A DNA stretch of 64,000 nt from an uncultured Pseudomonadota bacterium (GTDB lineage Bacteria > Desulfobacterota > Binatia > Binatales > Binataceae). Under the pieces are notes generated by a model. That model saw only the letters and a list, made by a program, of their open reading frames with translations. It did not search any database and was not told the DNA's origin. The stretch is taken from positions 2,849,579 through 2,913,578 of the forward strand of contig CAVWXK010000001.1 in NCBI GenBank assembly GCA_963759165.1. Direction: 5' to 3'. The position numbers and the translations under genes were made by a program. Below are positions 10,242-19,445 of this stretch, one piece after another. The stretch's first letter is position 1. Each line of letters opens with the position of its first letter.

Positions 10242-10563
10242 AATCTACTACGCGGATCTAAGCCCCACCGTCGGCTCCGAGATCAACAAACTCCGCCCGG
10301 TACTCATCGTCAGCAACGACGCGAACAACCGGGCGGCAACCACTGTAACCGTGCTTCCCATCACTTCCAACGTCAACAGGATTTATCCCTTCGAGGTCCA
10401 TCTGTCGTCCAAGGACAGCGGCCTACCAAAACCCTCGAAGGCGCAGGCGCAGCAAATCCGCACCATCTCCAAAGAACGCGTAAGAGGCGGCGCGCTGGGC
10501 CGACTCGATGCTGCCCTCATGCGCAAGACGGAAGATGCCTTGCGCCTTCACCTCGATCTTTAG
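10228..10563 (+). CDS. MazF/PemK family endoribonuclease toxin
   Basis: 111-aa ORF with PemK motifs (RGEIYYADLSPTVGSEINKLRPVLIVSND…VTVLPITS). Confidence 0.85.
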   Translation: MRRGEIYYADLSPTVGSEINKLRPVLIVSNDANNRAATTVTVLPITSNVNRIYPFEVHLSSKDSGLPKPSKAQAQQIRTISKERVRGGALGRLDAALMRKTEDALRLHLDL

Positions 10564-10682
10564 CCTATCGTTTTTTTTCTTTCGGAACCTCGCCCACTAA
10601 ACGCGGATGATGTTAGACGACCTGGGCTGATGTTTGCGGGGCGCCTGGCTGTAATCGCCGAAGGCGCGGTCGCGCTCGGCGA
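10467..10682 (+). repeat. downstream copy (R2) of the ~240-bp direct repeat (the native mazF 3' end, the intergenic spacer and the 3' end of the convergent crotonase gene)
   Basis: See R1. Together R1 and R2 bracket the antitoxin gene and the 5' two-thirds of the toxin gene. Confidence 0.8.
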
Positions 10683-11562
10683 CCATCGCAGACACGCCCT
10701 CGCGCTCGGCCATCTCGATGAAGCGGCGGGCATCGGGGGTGTTGCGCATCAGCCCGTCGAGGATCGGCCCGAGCGTCTGCGTCGAGGCGAGGCCCATGTT
10801 CTCGAACGCCTGGTTGACGACGAGCTTCATCGCCGCGAGCTGCGAGAGCGGAATCGATGCCAGCTCGCGCGCCGCCTGACGAACCTCGCTTTCGAGGCGC
10901 TCGAACGGCACCGCGATGTTGATCAGCCCGATCTCCGCAGCCTTTGCGCCGGAGAGCGGCTTGCCGGTCAGCGCGAACTGCTTGGCTCGCGTGAGCCCGA
11001 GGCGATAGAGCCACATCCCGGTCAGATAGCATCCCCACATTCGCGAGTAAGGCGTGCCGATTTGCGCGTCCTCGCTGGCGATCACCAGATCGGCGCACAG
11101 CGCCAAGTCGCTTCCGCCCCCGACGCACCATCCGTGGACCTGCGCGATGACCGGCTTGGGCGAGCGCCAGATGCTCATGAACTTCGGCACCGGCCCCAGG
11201 CTGGGCGCGGTAGCCATCACGAAGTCTTTGCCGGGATCCCACTTGCCGTCGGTGGTCAGCAGATCGTCCCAACGATGAAAGCCGCCACCGAAGTCGAACC
11301 CGGCGCAGAACGCGCGCCCGGCGCCGCGAAGCACGATTACCTTGACGTCACTATCGGCGACCGCGCGATGCACCGCGGCCTCGATCTCGTCTGGCATCGG
11401 CGGCACGATCGTATTCAGCCGGTCGGGGCGGTTGAGCGTGATCGTCGCGATCGCATCGTTGACCTCGTAGAGCAGCGTCTCGTATCGGACGCGGTTCGGC
11501 CTCGGAGTTTTCTTCAGGCTCTCGCTCCGAGCCTTTACCGGAATCCTCTTTCGAGTCTTCAT
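10597..11562 (-). CDS. enoyl-CoA hydratase/isomerase family protein
   Basis: Crotonase motifs (VIVLRGAGRAFCAGFDFGGG…, …VHGWCVGGGSDLALCADLVIASEDAQ). The start is placed at MKTRKRIP because AAGGAGG lies 7 nt upstream. The longer ORF to 11742 has no RBS. Confidence 0.85.
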   Translation of the reverse strand: MKTRKRIPVKARSESLKKTPRPNRVRYETLLYEVNDAIATITLNRPDRLNTIVPPMPDEIEAAVHRAVADSDVKVIVLRGAGRAFCAGFDFGGGFHRWDDLLTTDGKWDPGKDFVMATAPSLGPVPKFMSIWRSPKPVIAQVHGWCVGGGSDLALCADLVIASEDAQIGTPYSRMWGCYLTGMWLYRLGLTRAKQFALTGKPLSGAKAAEIGLINIAVPFERLESEVRQAARELASIPLSQLAAMKLVVNQAFENMGLASTQTLGPILDGLMRNTPDARRFIEMAEREGVSAMVAERDRAFGDYSQAPRKHQPRSSNIIRV

Positions 11563-11615
11563 GCGGAGCCTCCTTTGCGTTTTAGGCAGGAACGGGGGTG
11601 CAACGACGATGGCCG

Positions 11616-12431
11616 TCACTTCGCGAGGCTGGAGGCGCGGCACATTCCGTCGTCTGAGCCGCGCTCGTAGCGGTTCGGTTCCTTGTCGTCCCAGATTCCC
11701 TTGCGCGCCTCGAAGTATCCCCGCCAATGGCCAAGCCACCACTCCATCGCATCGACCCAGACGTAGTTGCGCTTCGCTTCAAGCAGTTTCTGCTTTCGCG
11801 GATCGGGATCGACGGAGAAGGATTCGCTGAATCTCCCATCGGACATGAGATACCAGTCGGTGCTCGCGGCGCCGCCGGCGTCCACTTCATTGGTGCGCGA
11901 TTCGTCCCAATAGGTCGCGCACTGCCAGTTGAGGTAACTCTGAACCGAGCAGTTATGAAGAAAACCGTCGAAGCCGCCGATAGTAGATCTGTACACCTGC
12001 TCACTCAGGACCGAGACCGAAAACGTCGTCGGATTGAGCGGTTTGTCGAGCTTGCCGCAGCACAGATTGCCGCGCGCCACCCTGCCCTTGCACTCGACCG
12101 GATAGAGCCGCACTTTGTGGGTCAGCGGCGAGGCGAAGTTGAACAGCAGATCGTTGAGATCGAAAAGCGCCCCGCAGATTAAGCAAAGGAGCGCGAACGA
12201 AGGCGCCCCGATCAGTGTGACCCAAGCCAGCCGATCGCGCGATCTCTTACGCAGAATCCGGAAAAGCAGAACCGCCAGCGCGGTGACAATCCAAAAAGCG
12301 GGAGCGATCGCTGCCTGAACGAGTACTTCCCCGAGCAACCCCAAAGCCGCGCCCTCCGTTTGTTGACGCCGCCGAATTTGCTGCCGCCGTCGCGCGATTT
12401 CGTCGTGGTATGAAAAACGCCCCCGTGGCAT
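11616..12431 (-). CDS. hypothetical membrane protein with two N-terminal TM helices and a Cys-rich extracytoplasmic domain
   Basis: 271-aa ORF. Hydrophobic segments ([35 protein letters not shown]) precede a domain with 8 Cys and many Trp. It lies in the same orientation immediately upstream of the crotonase. I did not recognise a family. Confidence 0.5.
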   Translation of the reverse strand: MPRGRFSYHDEIARRRQQIRRRQQTEGAALGLLGEVLVQAAIAPAFWIVTALAVLLFRILRKRSRDRLAWVTLIGAPSFALLCLICGALFDLNDLLFNFASPLTHKVRLYPVECKGRVARGNLCCGKLDKPLNPTTFSVSVLSEQVYRSTIGGFDGFLHNCSVQSYLNWQCATYWDESRTNEVDAGGAASTDWYLMSDGRFSESFSVDPDPRKQKLLEAKRNYVWVDAMEWWLGHWRGYFEARKGIWDDKEPNRYERGSDDGMCRASSLAK

Positions 12432-12600
12432 CCGGGATGGCGATATGGGAAATGCTCATTGTCGTCCTTATGTCCCTTGGCCTTGGGCGCGGTCAAGCGG
12501 ACGACGCCACGCGGGACATGGGGTTGTGGACACTTCGGGGCTCTTGATAGGGGTAAAGTGTAAGGATTTCCGGCCCTCTATCGAGGGAAGCGAGCGAAAA

Positions 12601-14664
12601 GTGAAACCGGGCGAGAACTTCTTCAATCTCTACAATCACGACTTCGCCCGTGTCGCCGTGGCGCTGCCCGCGCTTCGAGTGGCCGATCCTGCCTTTAACG
12701 CCGAGCAGACTATCGCGCTGATGCGCCAGGCGGCCGAGCAGAAGGCCGTCCTGGTCGTCTTCCCCGAACTCGGCCTTTCGGCCTACTCGTGCGAGGATCT
12801 CTTCCATCAGGGAGCGCTGCTTGATGCCTGCGAGAGCGCGCTTCACGCCGTGCTCGACGCGTCCGCGTCGTTGCCGCTCATCGCCGTGGTCGGCGTCCCG
12901 CTCAGGATCGACCATCTGCTTTACAACTGCGCCGTCGTGATGAATCGCGGGCGAATCCTCGGCGTGATTCCGAAAACGTACCTTCCCAACTATCGGGAAT
13001 TCTACGAAGCGCGCCAGTTTACGCCGGGAGACGTCGCGCTCCGCGATCAGATCGATCTTTGCGGCCAACGGGACATCCCGTTCGGCAGCCGATTGCTCTT
13101 TCAGGTCGAACAGCAGCCGCTGCTGAAGTTTCACGTCGAGATCTGTGAAGACCTGTGGGTACCGGTTCCGCCCTCCTCCCATGCCGCGCTCGCCGGCGCG
13201 ACCGTGCTGCTGAATCTCTCGGCATCGAATATCACGATCGGCAAGGCCGACTATCGGCATCGACTCGTCGCCGGCCAATCGGCGCGATGCCTCGCGGCTT
13301 ACCTTTACTCCGCCGCCGGACCGGGCGAATCCACGACCGACCTTGCCTGGGACGGCCACGCGCTGATCTACGAGGACGGCAATCCGTTGGCGGAATCGCG
13401 CCGCTTCAACTACGAGCCGCAACTGGTCTGCTCCGAAATCGATCTCGAACGGCTGGCGCTGGAACGGATGAGGCAGAACAGCTTCGGCCAGAGCGTGCGG
13501 CGCGAACAGGATGAACTGCGCAGGTTCCGCACCGTTCGATTCTCCGCCGAGATTCCGTGCGAGGGGCGGCTACTGCCCTCTCGACGCTACGAGCGGTTCC
13601 CCTACGTGCCTTCCGATCCTGGCAAGCGCGACGAACGATGCTCGGAGGTTTACGAAATTCAGGTCCAGGGACTGGCCAAGCGGCTCCAGTCGACGGGCAT
13701 CAAGCGGGTCGTTATCGGCGTTTCCGGCGGACTCGATTCGACGCACGCCCTGCTGGTCTGCGCGCAGGCGATGGACCGGCTCGGTTATCCGCGCGAGAAC
13801 GTGCTCGCCTACACGATGCCCGGATTCGCGACCAGCGAGCGCACGCTCCAGCAGGCGCGTCGCCTGATGCGGGCGGTAGGATGCCGCGCGCAGGAACTCG
13901 ACATCCGCCCGAGCTGCCTGCAGATGCTCAAAGATATCGGGCATCCGTACGGCGAGGGCAAAGAGGTCTACGACGTCACTTTCGAGAACGTGCAGGCGGG
14001 CGAGCGCACCAGCCATCTGTTCCGGCTCGCCAATCTGCGCGACGCGATCGTGGTCGGCACGGGAGATCTGAGCGAGCTGGCGCTGGGATGGTGCACCTAC
14101 GGCGTCGGCGATCACATGTCGCATTACAGCGTCAACGCCAGCGTGCCCAAGACCCTCATCCAGCACGTGATTCGATGGGTCGCGCAAACCGAGCGGTTGG
14201 GTAAGGAAGCGAGCGCGACGCTGCTCGAAATTCTGGCGACTCCGATCAGTCCAGAATTGGTGCCGAGCAGCGCGTCCGGCCCCGGGCCTTCCCAGGAGAG
14301 CGAAGCAGTGGTCGGACCGTACGAGCTACAGGACTTCAATCTTTACTATATTTTGCGGTTCGGATATCCGCCGACCAAGGTCGCGTTTCTCGAATACTGC
14401 GCCTGGCGCGATCGCCAACAGGGAGCGTGGCCCGATATTCCGGTGGATGAGCGCCGCCAGTACACGATCGCGGAGATCAAGCAGCATCTTCGGACGTTTC
14501 TTCATCGATTCTTCAAGCTGAGCCAATTCAAGCGAAGTTGCATCCCCAACGCTCCGAAGGTCGGGTCGGGGGGATCGCTGTCTCCGCGCGGCGATTATCG
14601 CGCACCGAGCGACAGCGAAGCCGAACCCTGGTTGCGCCAAGTCGAGCTAGTCCCGGACAAGTAG
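12601..14664 (+). CDS. nadE: glutamine-dependent NAD(+) synthetase (N-terminal CN-hydrolase domain plus C-terminal NAD-synthase domain)
   Basis: Nitrilase-type N-terminus ([19 protein letters not shown]…[17 protein letters not shown]) and NadE P-loop ([18 protein letters not shown]). GTG at 12601 fits typical N-termini better than the ATG at 12445. Confidence 0.9.
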   Translation: MKPGENFFNLYNHDFARVAVALPALRVADPAFNAEQTIALMRQAAEQKAVLVVFPELGLSAYSCEDLFHQGALLDACESALHAVLDASASLPLIAVVGVPLRIDHLLYNCAVVMNRGRILGVIPKTYLPNYREFYEARQFTPGDVALRDQIDLCGQRDIPFGSRLLFQVEQQPLLKFHVEICEDLWVPVPPSSHAALAGATVLLNLSASNITIGKADYRHRLVAGQSARCLAAYLYSAAGPGESTTDLAWDGHALIYEDGNPLAESRRFNYEPQLVCSEIDLERLALERMRQNSFGQSVRREQDELRRFRTVRFSAEIPCEGRLLPSRRYERFPYVPSDPGKRDERCSEVYEIQVQGLAKRLQSTGIKRVVIGVSGGLDSTHALLVCAQAMDRLGYPRENVLAYTMPGFATSERTLQQARRLMRAVGCRAQELDIRPSCLQMLKDIGHPYGEGKEVYDVTFENVQAGERTSHLFRLANLRDAIVVGTGDLSELALGWCTYGVGDHMSHYSVNASVPKTLIQHVIRWVAQTERLGKEASATLLEILATPISPELVPSSASGPGPSQESEAVVGPYELQDFNLYYILRFGYPPTKVAFLEYCAWRDRQQGAWPDIPVDERRQYTIAEIKQHLRTFLHRFFKLSQFKRSCIPNAPKVGSGGSLSPRGDYRAPSDSEAEPWLRQVELVPDK

Positions 14665-14682
14665 AATCACCAGCCGCCAACC

Positions 14683-14712
14683 TTGACTGTAAATCTTGGT
14701 GACGCCTATAGT
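14683..14712 (+). promoter_or_regulatory. sigma70-type promoter: TTGACT - 18 nt - TATAGT
   Basis: Near-consensus -35 (14683-14688) and -10 (14707-14712) elements sit about 95 nt upstream of the nuoI-like gene. A tandem 10-bp repeat GCGGATTTCA x2 (14787-14806) abuts the ATG. Confidence 0.5.
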
Positions 14713-14825
14713 TGCCAATATAAGTCCAGTAATCGAGGCAACTCCCAGTAAGAGCGAGGTATTACCGGATTGCTCTGGCTAAACCGGCGGATTTCAGCGG
14801 ATTTCAAATGAAAAGACGAGAAGAA

Positions 14826-15512
14826 ATGACCCTTTCGGAGCGGATTTACCTGCCTGAAATCCTAAAGGGTCTGGTCGTCGTAAATTACCATTTCTTTCGT
14901 AACCTGGCTCTCCATATGGCTCATGCGATGGGCCTTGCCAAGGGGCGGCGGGCGTCGGCCACGACCCAGTATCCCGACGAGCGCAAACGCTACCCCGACG
15001 GTTACCGCGGCAGCCATCGGCTGACGCTTCGGCCCGATAATTCGGTGCGCTGCACCTCGTGTTTTTTGTGCGCTACGGCCTGCCCCGCGCAATGCATCTA
15101 TATCGAAGCCGGCGAGCATCCGGACCCCCATATCGAGAAGTATCCGGTGCGTTACGAAATCGACACGCTCCGATGCATCTATTGCGGGCTTTGCGTCGAG
15201 GCGTGCCCGTGCGACGCGATCCGGATGGACACCTACGTGCATCCGCGAATCTGGGGCTTCGATCGCAAGGATTTCGTCGAAACCAAGGAAATGCTGATGC
15301 ATCGCTCCGAGGTGCTCGCGACCAAGGGCCGCGAGGGAAACATGGAGGAGATGCTGGCGTGGTACAACGAGCAGGCAGCGCAGGTTTACAATCCGACGCG
15401 CCCCGAGCTCAAGACCTACAGCGAGCGCGGCGTGAAGCGACTGCGTCCGCAGGAAGTCTCCGGCCCAAAGGAACTCGAAGCGGTAAGCCTTCACAGCGAC
15501 CTTGGCGGGTGA
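14826..15512 (+). CDS. NuoI-like 2x[4Fe-4S] ferredoxin (NADH-quinone oxidoreductase subunit I family), orphan copy
   Basis: MTLSERIYLPEILKGL… N-terminus like NuoI. Two CxxCxxCxxxCP motifs (CTSCFLCATACP, CIYCGLCVEACP). Alternative start at 14808. No other nuo genes are nearby. Confidence 0.8.
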   Translation: MTLSERIYLPEILKGLVVVNYHFFRNLALHMAHAMGLAKGRRASATTQYPDERKRYPDGYRGSHRLTLRPDNSVRCTSCFLCATACPAQCIYIEAGEHPDPHIEKYPVRYEIDTLRCIYCGLCVEACPCDAIRMDTYVHPRIWGFDRKDFVETKEMLMHRSEVLATKGREGNMEEMLAWYNEQAAQVYNPTRPELKTYSERGVKRLRPQEVSGPKELEAVSLHSDLGG

Positions 15513-15516
15513 GTCG

Positions 15517-15765
15517 ATGACCCGCATCACGACCGGACTCACGGCATTCGCGCTGATCGGATTGTTCGTCGCGTACGGCAAGGGCGTCGGATTGCTTCAC
15601 GGAGGAAATCCGCTGGGCCACATGTATTGGGCAACCGGAGCGGTGCTGGCCGTGGCGCTGGCCAACTTCATCGCGATCGCGCATCTGTCGCGCAGCGAGC
15701 GGATGGTGCGGGAGTTGCGCGGCATCTGCGAGAAGCACGGCATTCCGCTCGACGACCTGGAATGA
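15517..15765 (+). CDS. small hypothetical membrane protein (2 TM)
   Basis: MTRITTGLTAFALIGLFVAYG… and GAVLAVALANFIAIA hydrophobic helices. It is tightly linked downstream of the nuoI-like gene. Confidence 0.45.
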   Translation: MTRITTGLTAFALIGLFVAYGKGVGLLHGGNPLGHMYWATGAVLAVALANFIAIAHLSRSERMVRELRGICEKHGIPLDDLE

Positions 15766-15879
15766 ATGAAATGCATACGGCTCTGAAAAAGGCGCGGCAC
15801 GCCGACGGCTGATGCGGTAGTGCCCGGTGGGAACTTCACCCCGGTGAGCGCGTTATATTTTTTGTAGAGGTACCAAACC

Positions 15880-17196
15880 ATGACCCAACTCGAGGCGGCA
15901 CGTAACGGGACGATAACCCGGCAGATGCGCGAAGTGGCGGAGGACGAGTGCCTCGCGCCGGAAGAGGTCCGCGATCTGGTCGCCGCCGGCGAGGTGGTGA
16001 TTCCGCACAATATCCATCACGAATTCCGCGCGATCGGAATCGGCAAGCGGCTGCGCACCAAGGTCAACGCCAATATCGGCGCGTCCAACTTCCATCAGTT
16101 TCTGTCCGAAGAAATCGAAAAGCTTTACACCTCGGTGCGCTTCGGCGCCGACTCGGTAATGGACCTTTCGACCGGAACCGACCTCGACCGTATCCGGGTC
16201 GAGCTGCTGTCACGATGCCCGGTCATTCTGGGCACGGTGCCGATCTACCACGTGGCTTCCGAAGGCTCGGCCATGCGCCTTGATGCCGAGTTTTTCTTCG
16301 AGGTAATCGAACGGCAGGCGCGCCAGGGCGTCGATTACATGACGCTGCACTGCGGCGTGACTCGCGAGACCGTAAAGCGGCTGCGCGGCCACGAGCGGAT
16401 CGAGGGAATCGTTTCGCGCGGCGGCGCGCTGATAGCCGCGTGGATCGAACGGACCGGCAAGGACAATCCGCTGTACGAAAACTTCGACCGGCTGTGCGAA
16501 ATCCTGCGCGAGCATGACGTCACGATCTCGCTGGGCGACGGGCTCAGGCCGGGCGCGACCGGCGACGCGACCGATCGCGGACAGATAGCCGAACTGCTGG
16601 TGCTGGGCGAATTGACCCAGCGCGCGCGCGAGCTCGGCGTTCAGGTGATGATCGAGGGCCCGGGCCACGTGCCGCTCGACCAGATCCAGGCCAACGTCCA
16701 GCTCGAAAAGCGAATCTGCGGCGGCGCGCCGTTTTACGTGCTGGGACCACTGACCTGCGACGTCGCGCCCGGCTACGATCATATTACAGGCGCGATCGGC
16801 GGAGCGATCGCCGCGGCGGCGGGTACCGATTTTCTCTGCTACGTAACTCCGGCAGAGCATTTGCGCCTGCCCGACGTCGACGACGTGCGCGAGGGCGTGA
16901 TCGCCACCCGTATCGCGGCCCATTCCGGCGATCTGGTCAAAGGCGTACGCGGCGCCAAGATGTGGAACGACCAGATGTCGCGCTATCGCAAGGCGCTCAA
17001 CTGGGAGGGCATGTACGCGCTGGCGATGGATCCCGACAAGGCCCGCCGCTACAAGGAAGAAAGCGAGGCCGCCGGCTCGAACGTCTGTACGATGTGCGGC
17101 TCGCTATGCTCGATCAACGTCGATAATGCCGCGATCAAATTCGTCAGGAAGCAGGTAATCGCCGACGCGGAGGCTGAGGCGCACGCGGCGGGCTGA
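15880..17196 (+). CDS. thiC: phosphomethylpyrimidine synthase ThiC
   Basis: 438-aa ORF with a ThiC radical-SAM C-terminal CTMCGSLCS cluster motif and conserved core. GAGG sits 8 nt upstream of the ATG. Confidence 0.95.
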   Translation: MTQLEAARNGTITRQMREVAEDECLAPEEVRDLVAAGEVVIPHNIHHEFRAIGIGKRLRTKVNANIGASNFHQFLSEEIEKLYTSVRFGADSVMDLSTGTDLDRIRVELLSRCPVILGTVPIYHVASEGSAMRLDAEFFFEVIERQARQGVDYMTLHCGVTRETVKRLRGHERIEGIVSRGGALIAAWIERTGKDNPLYENFDRLCEILREHDVTISLGDGLRPGATGDATDRGQIAELLVLGELTQRARELGVQVMIEGPGHVPLDQIQANVQLEKRICGGAPFYVLGPLTCDVAPGYDHITGAIGGAIAAAAGTDFLCYVTPAEHLRLPDVDDVREGVIATRIAAHSGDLVKGVRGAKMWNDQMSRYRKALNWEGMYALAMDPDKARRYKEESEAAGSNVCTMCGSLCSINVDNAAIKFVRKQVIADAEAEAHAAG

Positions 17197-17334
17197 ACAA
17201 TCGTCGATCGCCGACGCGGCGAAGAAGACAAAAATCACGCTGTTCGACCATCGGGCGAACGAAACGCCGCTCGATGATGTTTGCGGCTGAATCGTGGTTA
17301 AATTGAATCGAAGCTCCGCCGATTCACGGAGCGG

Positions 17335-18576
17335 GTGAAATATATGGCTAAAAGTTCGAAAAGTATCCTTGACGAGGCAAGAGCCGATATTAAGGAGATT
17401 ACTGTCGATGACGCGCGGCGGATGCTCGAAAAGCCCGGCACGGTAGTGATCGACGTACGCGAGGGCGAAGAGTGGCGCCAAGGGCATCTCCCGCAGGCGC
17501 TCGGAATCCCGCGCGGCTTCCTTGAGCTGCGAATCGAGGAAAAGGTCGCCGACCGCAAGACTCCGCTCATCATGCAGTGCGCCTCCGGCACGCGTTCGCT
17601 GCTGGCTGCCCGGACGCTGCGCGAGATGGGTTACGAGAATCTTTACAACCTGCAAGGCGGGTTCAACGCCTGGAAACAGGCGGGACTCCCCTGGATTGCC
17701 GATCGTCAGTTCAACTCCGACGAACTGCTGCGTTATTCGCGCCATTTCGTGATTCCCGAGGTCGGCGAGAAGGGTCAGGCCAAGCTGCTTGACGCCAAGG
17801 TGTTGCTGCTGGGCGCGGGCGCGCTCGGGTCGCCTTCGGGCCTGTATCTGGCCGCGGCGGGAGTCGGCACTATCGGCATCGTCGATTACGACGTCGTCGA
17901 CCTGTCCAATCTGCAGCGCCAGATTATCCATGCCAGCGATCGGGTCGGGATGCTCAAGACCGAGTCGGCGCAGAAGTCGATCGCGGCGCTCAATCCCGGC
18001 GTCAAGGTGAACCGTCACGAGGTGCGGCTCAGCTCCGAGAACGTGATGGACATCGTCAAGGAATACGATGTCGTCATCAATTGCAGCGACAACTTCCCGA
18101 CGCGCTATCTGATCAATGACGCCTGCGTATTTGCCGGCAAGCCGCTGGTCGACGGCGCGATTTTTCAGTTCGAAGGCAACGCCACGGTCTTTTATCCAAG
18201 CCGGGGAGGCCCCTGCTATCGATGCCTGTATCCGGAGCCGCCGCCGCCGGGGATGGCGCCGTCGTGCGCCGAGGCCGGCGTGCTGGGGGTGTTACCCGGA
18301 CTGATCGGATCGATCGAAGCGCTTGAGGCGATCAAGCTGATTCTGGGCGCGGGAAAGCCGCTGGTCGGCTCGATGGTGTACTTCGATACGCTTTCCGATC
18401 GCGATTTCGTGAGAGTGCTCAAGGTCAAGCGCGACCCCAACTGCCCGGTATGCAGCGACCATCCCACGCAGACGCGGCTTATCGATTACGAGGCGTTCTG
18501 CGGGCTGGGCGCCGCGCCCACGGCTTCGGCAGGCGCCGCCAACGGCCATCAGCCGGAAGAGCTGCGAGCAAAATAG
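17335..18576 (+). CDS. rhodanese-domain / ThiF-MoeB (E1-like) adenylyltransferase fusion, with the rhodanese N-terminal
   Basis: N-terminal rhodanese domain (active-site Cys in IMQCASGTRS). It is followed by the ThiF/MoeB nucleotide-binding motif (VLLLGAGALGS) and C-terminal CxxC…CPVC zinc motif. Confidence 0.9.
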   Translation: MKYMAKSSKSILDEARADIKEITVDDARRMLEKPGTVVIDVREGEEWRQGHLPQALGIPRGFLELRIEEKVADRKTPLIMQCASGTRSLLAARTLREMGYENLYNLQGGFNAWKQAGLPWIADRQFNSDELLRYSRHFVIPEVGEKGQAKLLDAKVLLLGAGALGSPSGLYLAAAGVGTIGIVDYDVVDLSNLQRQIIHASDRVGMLKTESAQKSIAALNPGVKVNRHEVRLSSENVMDIVKEYDVVINCSDNFPTRYLINDACVFAGKPLVDGAIFQFEGNATVFYPSRGGPCYRCLYPEPPPPGMAPSCAEAGVLGVLPGLIGSIEALEAIKLILGAGKPLVGSMVYFDTLSDRDFVRVLKVKRDPNCPVCSDHPTQTRLIDYEAFCGLGAAPTASAGAANGHQPEELRAK

Positions 18577-18662
18577 ATACGGTTGCAAAAACATCTACGG
18601 CGGGCACGGCGATGGCGTCCGCCGTCATCTGAAATGATTCGCCGCCTGGTGGCGCGACGACA

Positions 18663-19346
18663 ATGGCGTTAGGGCCTTTTTACGTGGCAGACAAATTGAC
18701 CGAAGACGCGCGAGTGCGGGGTACCGCGCTCCTGATGAGACATGGCGAGACGCCCTGGAACCGCGAGGGCCGGGTGATGGGACGCCAGCCGATCGAGCTC
18801 GACGAGGCCGGCCGAGCCCAGGTGGAGAGTTCGATACCGCTGGCCCGGATGCTCGAGCCGAACCTGATCATGACGAGCCCGCTCGCGCGTGCCCGTCAGT
18901 CAGCGGAGATTATTGCCGCCGGCCTCGGCGGTATCGAGATAATCGAAGAACCGCTAATCGAGGAAGTGCGTTACGGCAAGTGGGAAGGGATGACCTACCA
19001 TCAGCTGATTAACGACGAGAGCTTCCTCCAATACCGCAAGGCGCCGCTGGAAAGCGTCACGCCCGGCGGCGAAACCATCGGCCAGGTGCAGGCGCGAGGA
19101 GTCGAGGCGGTGACGCGCGCGCTTGGCGCGAACCACGGCCAACGGGTGTTGTTCGTCTCGCACGGCGACATTATCCGCACCGTGCTCTGCTACTTCATGA
19201 AACTGAACCTGGAGTATTTCCATCGTATCCGGGTGGATAACGCGTCCTTCTTCGGCATCCAGATCTCGGGCGATTTCGCGGAAATAAAATTCTCCAACCT
19301 ATTGCCCGATCCCGCGCGCGCGTTTTTGGCGCCGTTCAAGAAATAG
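18663..19346 (+). CDS. histidine phosphatase family protein (phosphoglycerate-mutase-like)
   Basis: LLMRHGETPWNREGRVMGRQ (RHG catalytic motif) and …VLFVSHGDIIR. Confidence 0.85.
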   Translation: MALGPFYVADKLTEDARVRGTALLMRHGETPWNREGRVMGRQPIELDEAGRAQVESSIPLARMLEPNLIMTSPLARARQSAEIIAAGLGGIEIIEEPLIEEVRYGKWEGMTYHQLINDESFLQYRKAPLESVTPGGETIGQVQARGVEAVTRALGANHGQRVLFVSHGDIIRTVLCYFMKLNLEYFHRIRVDNASFFGIQISGDFAEIKFSNLLPDPARAFLAPFKK

Positions 19347-19363
19347 CCGATTCAAAAGCGCGA

Positions 19364-19385
19364 ACCGCATCGGCGATTCGCACCG
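19364..19385. terminator. imperfect 9-bp hairpin between convergent genes (candidate bidirectional terminator)
   Basis: GCGAACCGC-ATCG-GCGATTCGC lies between the + gene ending at 19346 and the - gene ending at 19446. Confidence 0.3.
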
Positions 19386-19445
19386 TTTCCTGAGCAAGCC
19401 TGAATCCCGGGCGGCGTGGCATCTCGGCCTGAAACGCACGATTCC

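Noticed and set aside
10613-11670. Two long ORFs (219 aa minus, 346 aa plus) overlapping the crotonase gene
   Set aside because: They are alternative-frame or antisense readings of 10597..11562. The Arg/Pro/Gly-rich composition is typical of off-frame GC-rich DNA.
17104-18018. 304-aa minus-strand ORF
   Set aside because: Antisense to the rhodanese-ThiF gene. High-GC antisense frames stay open by chance.
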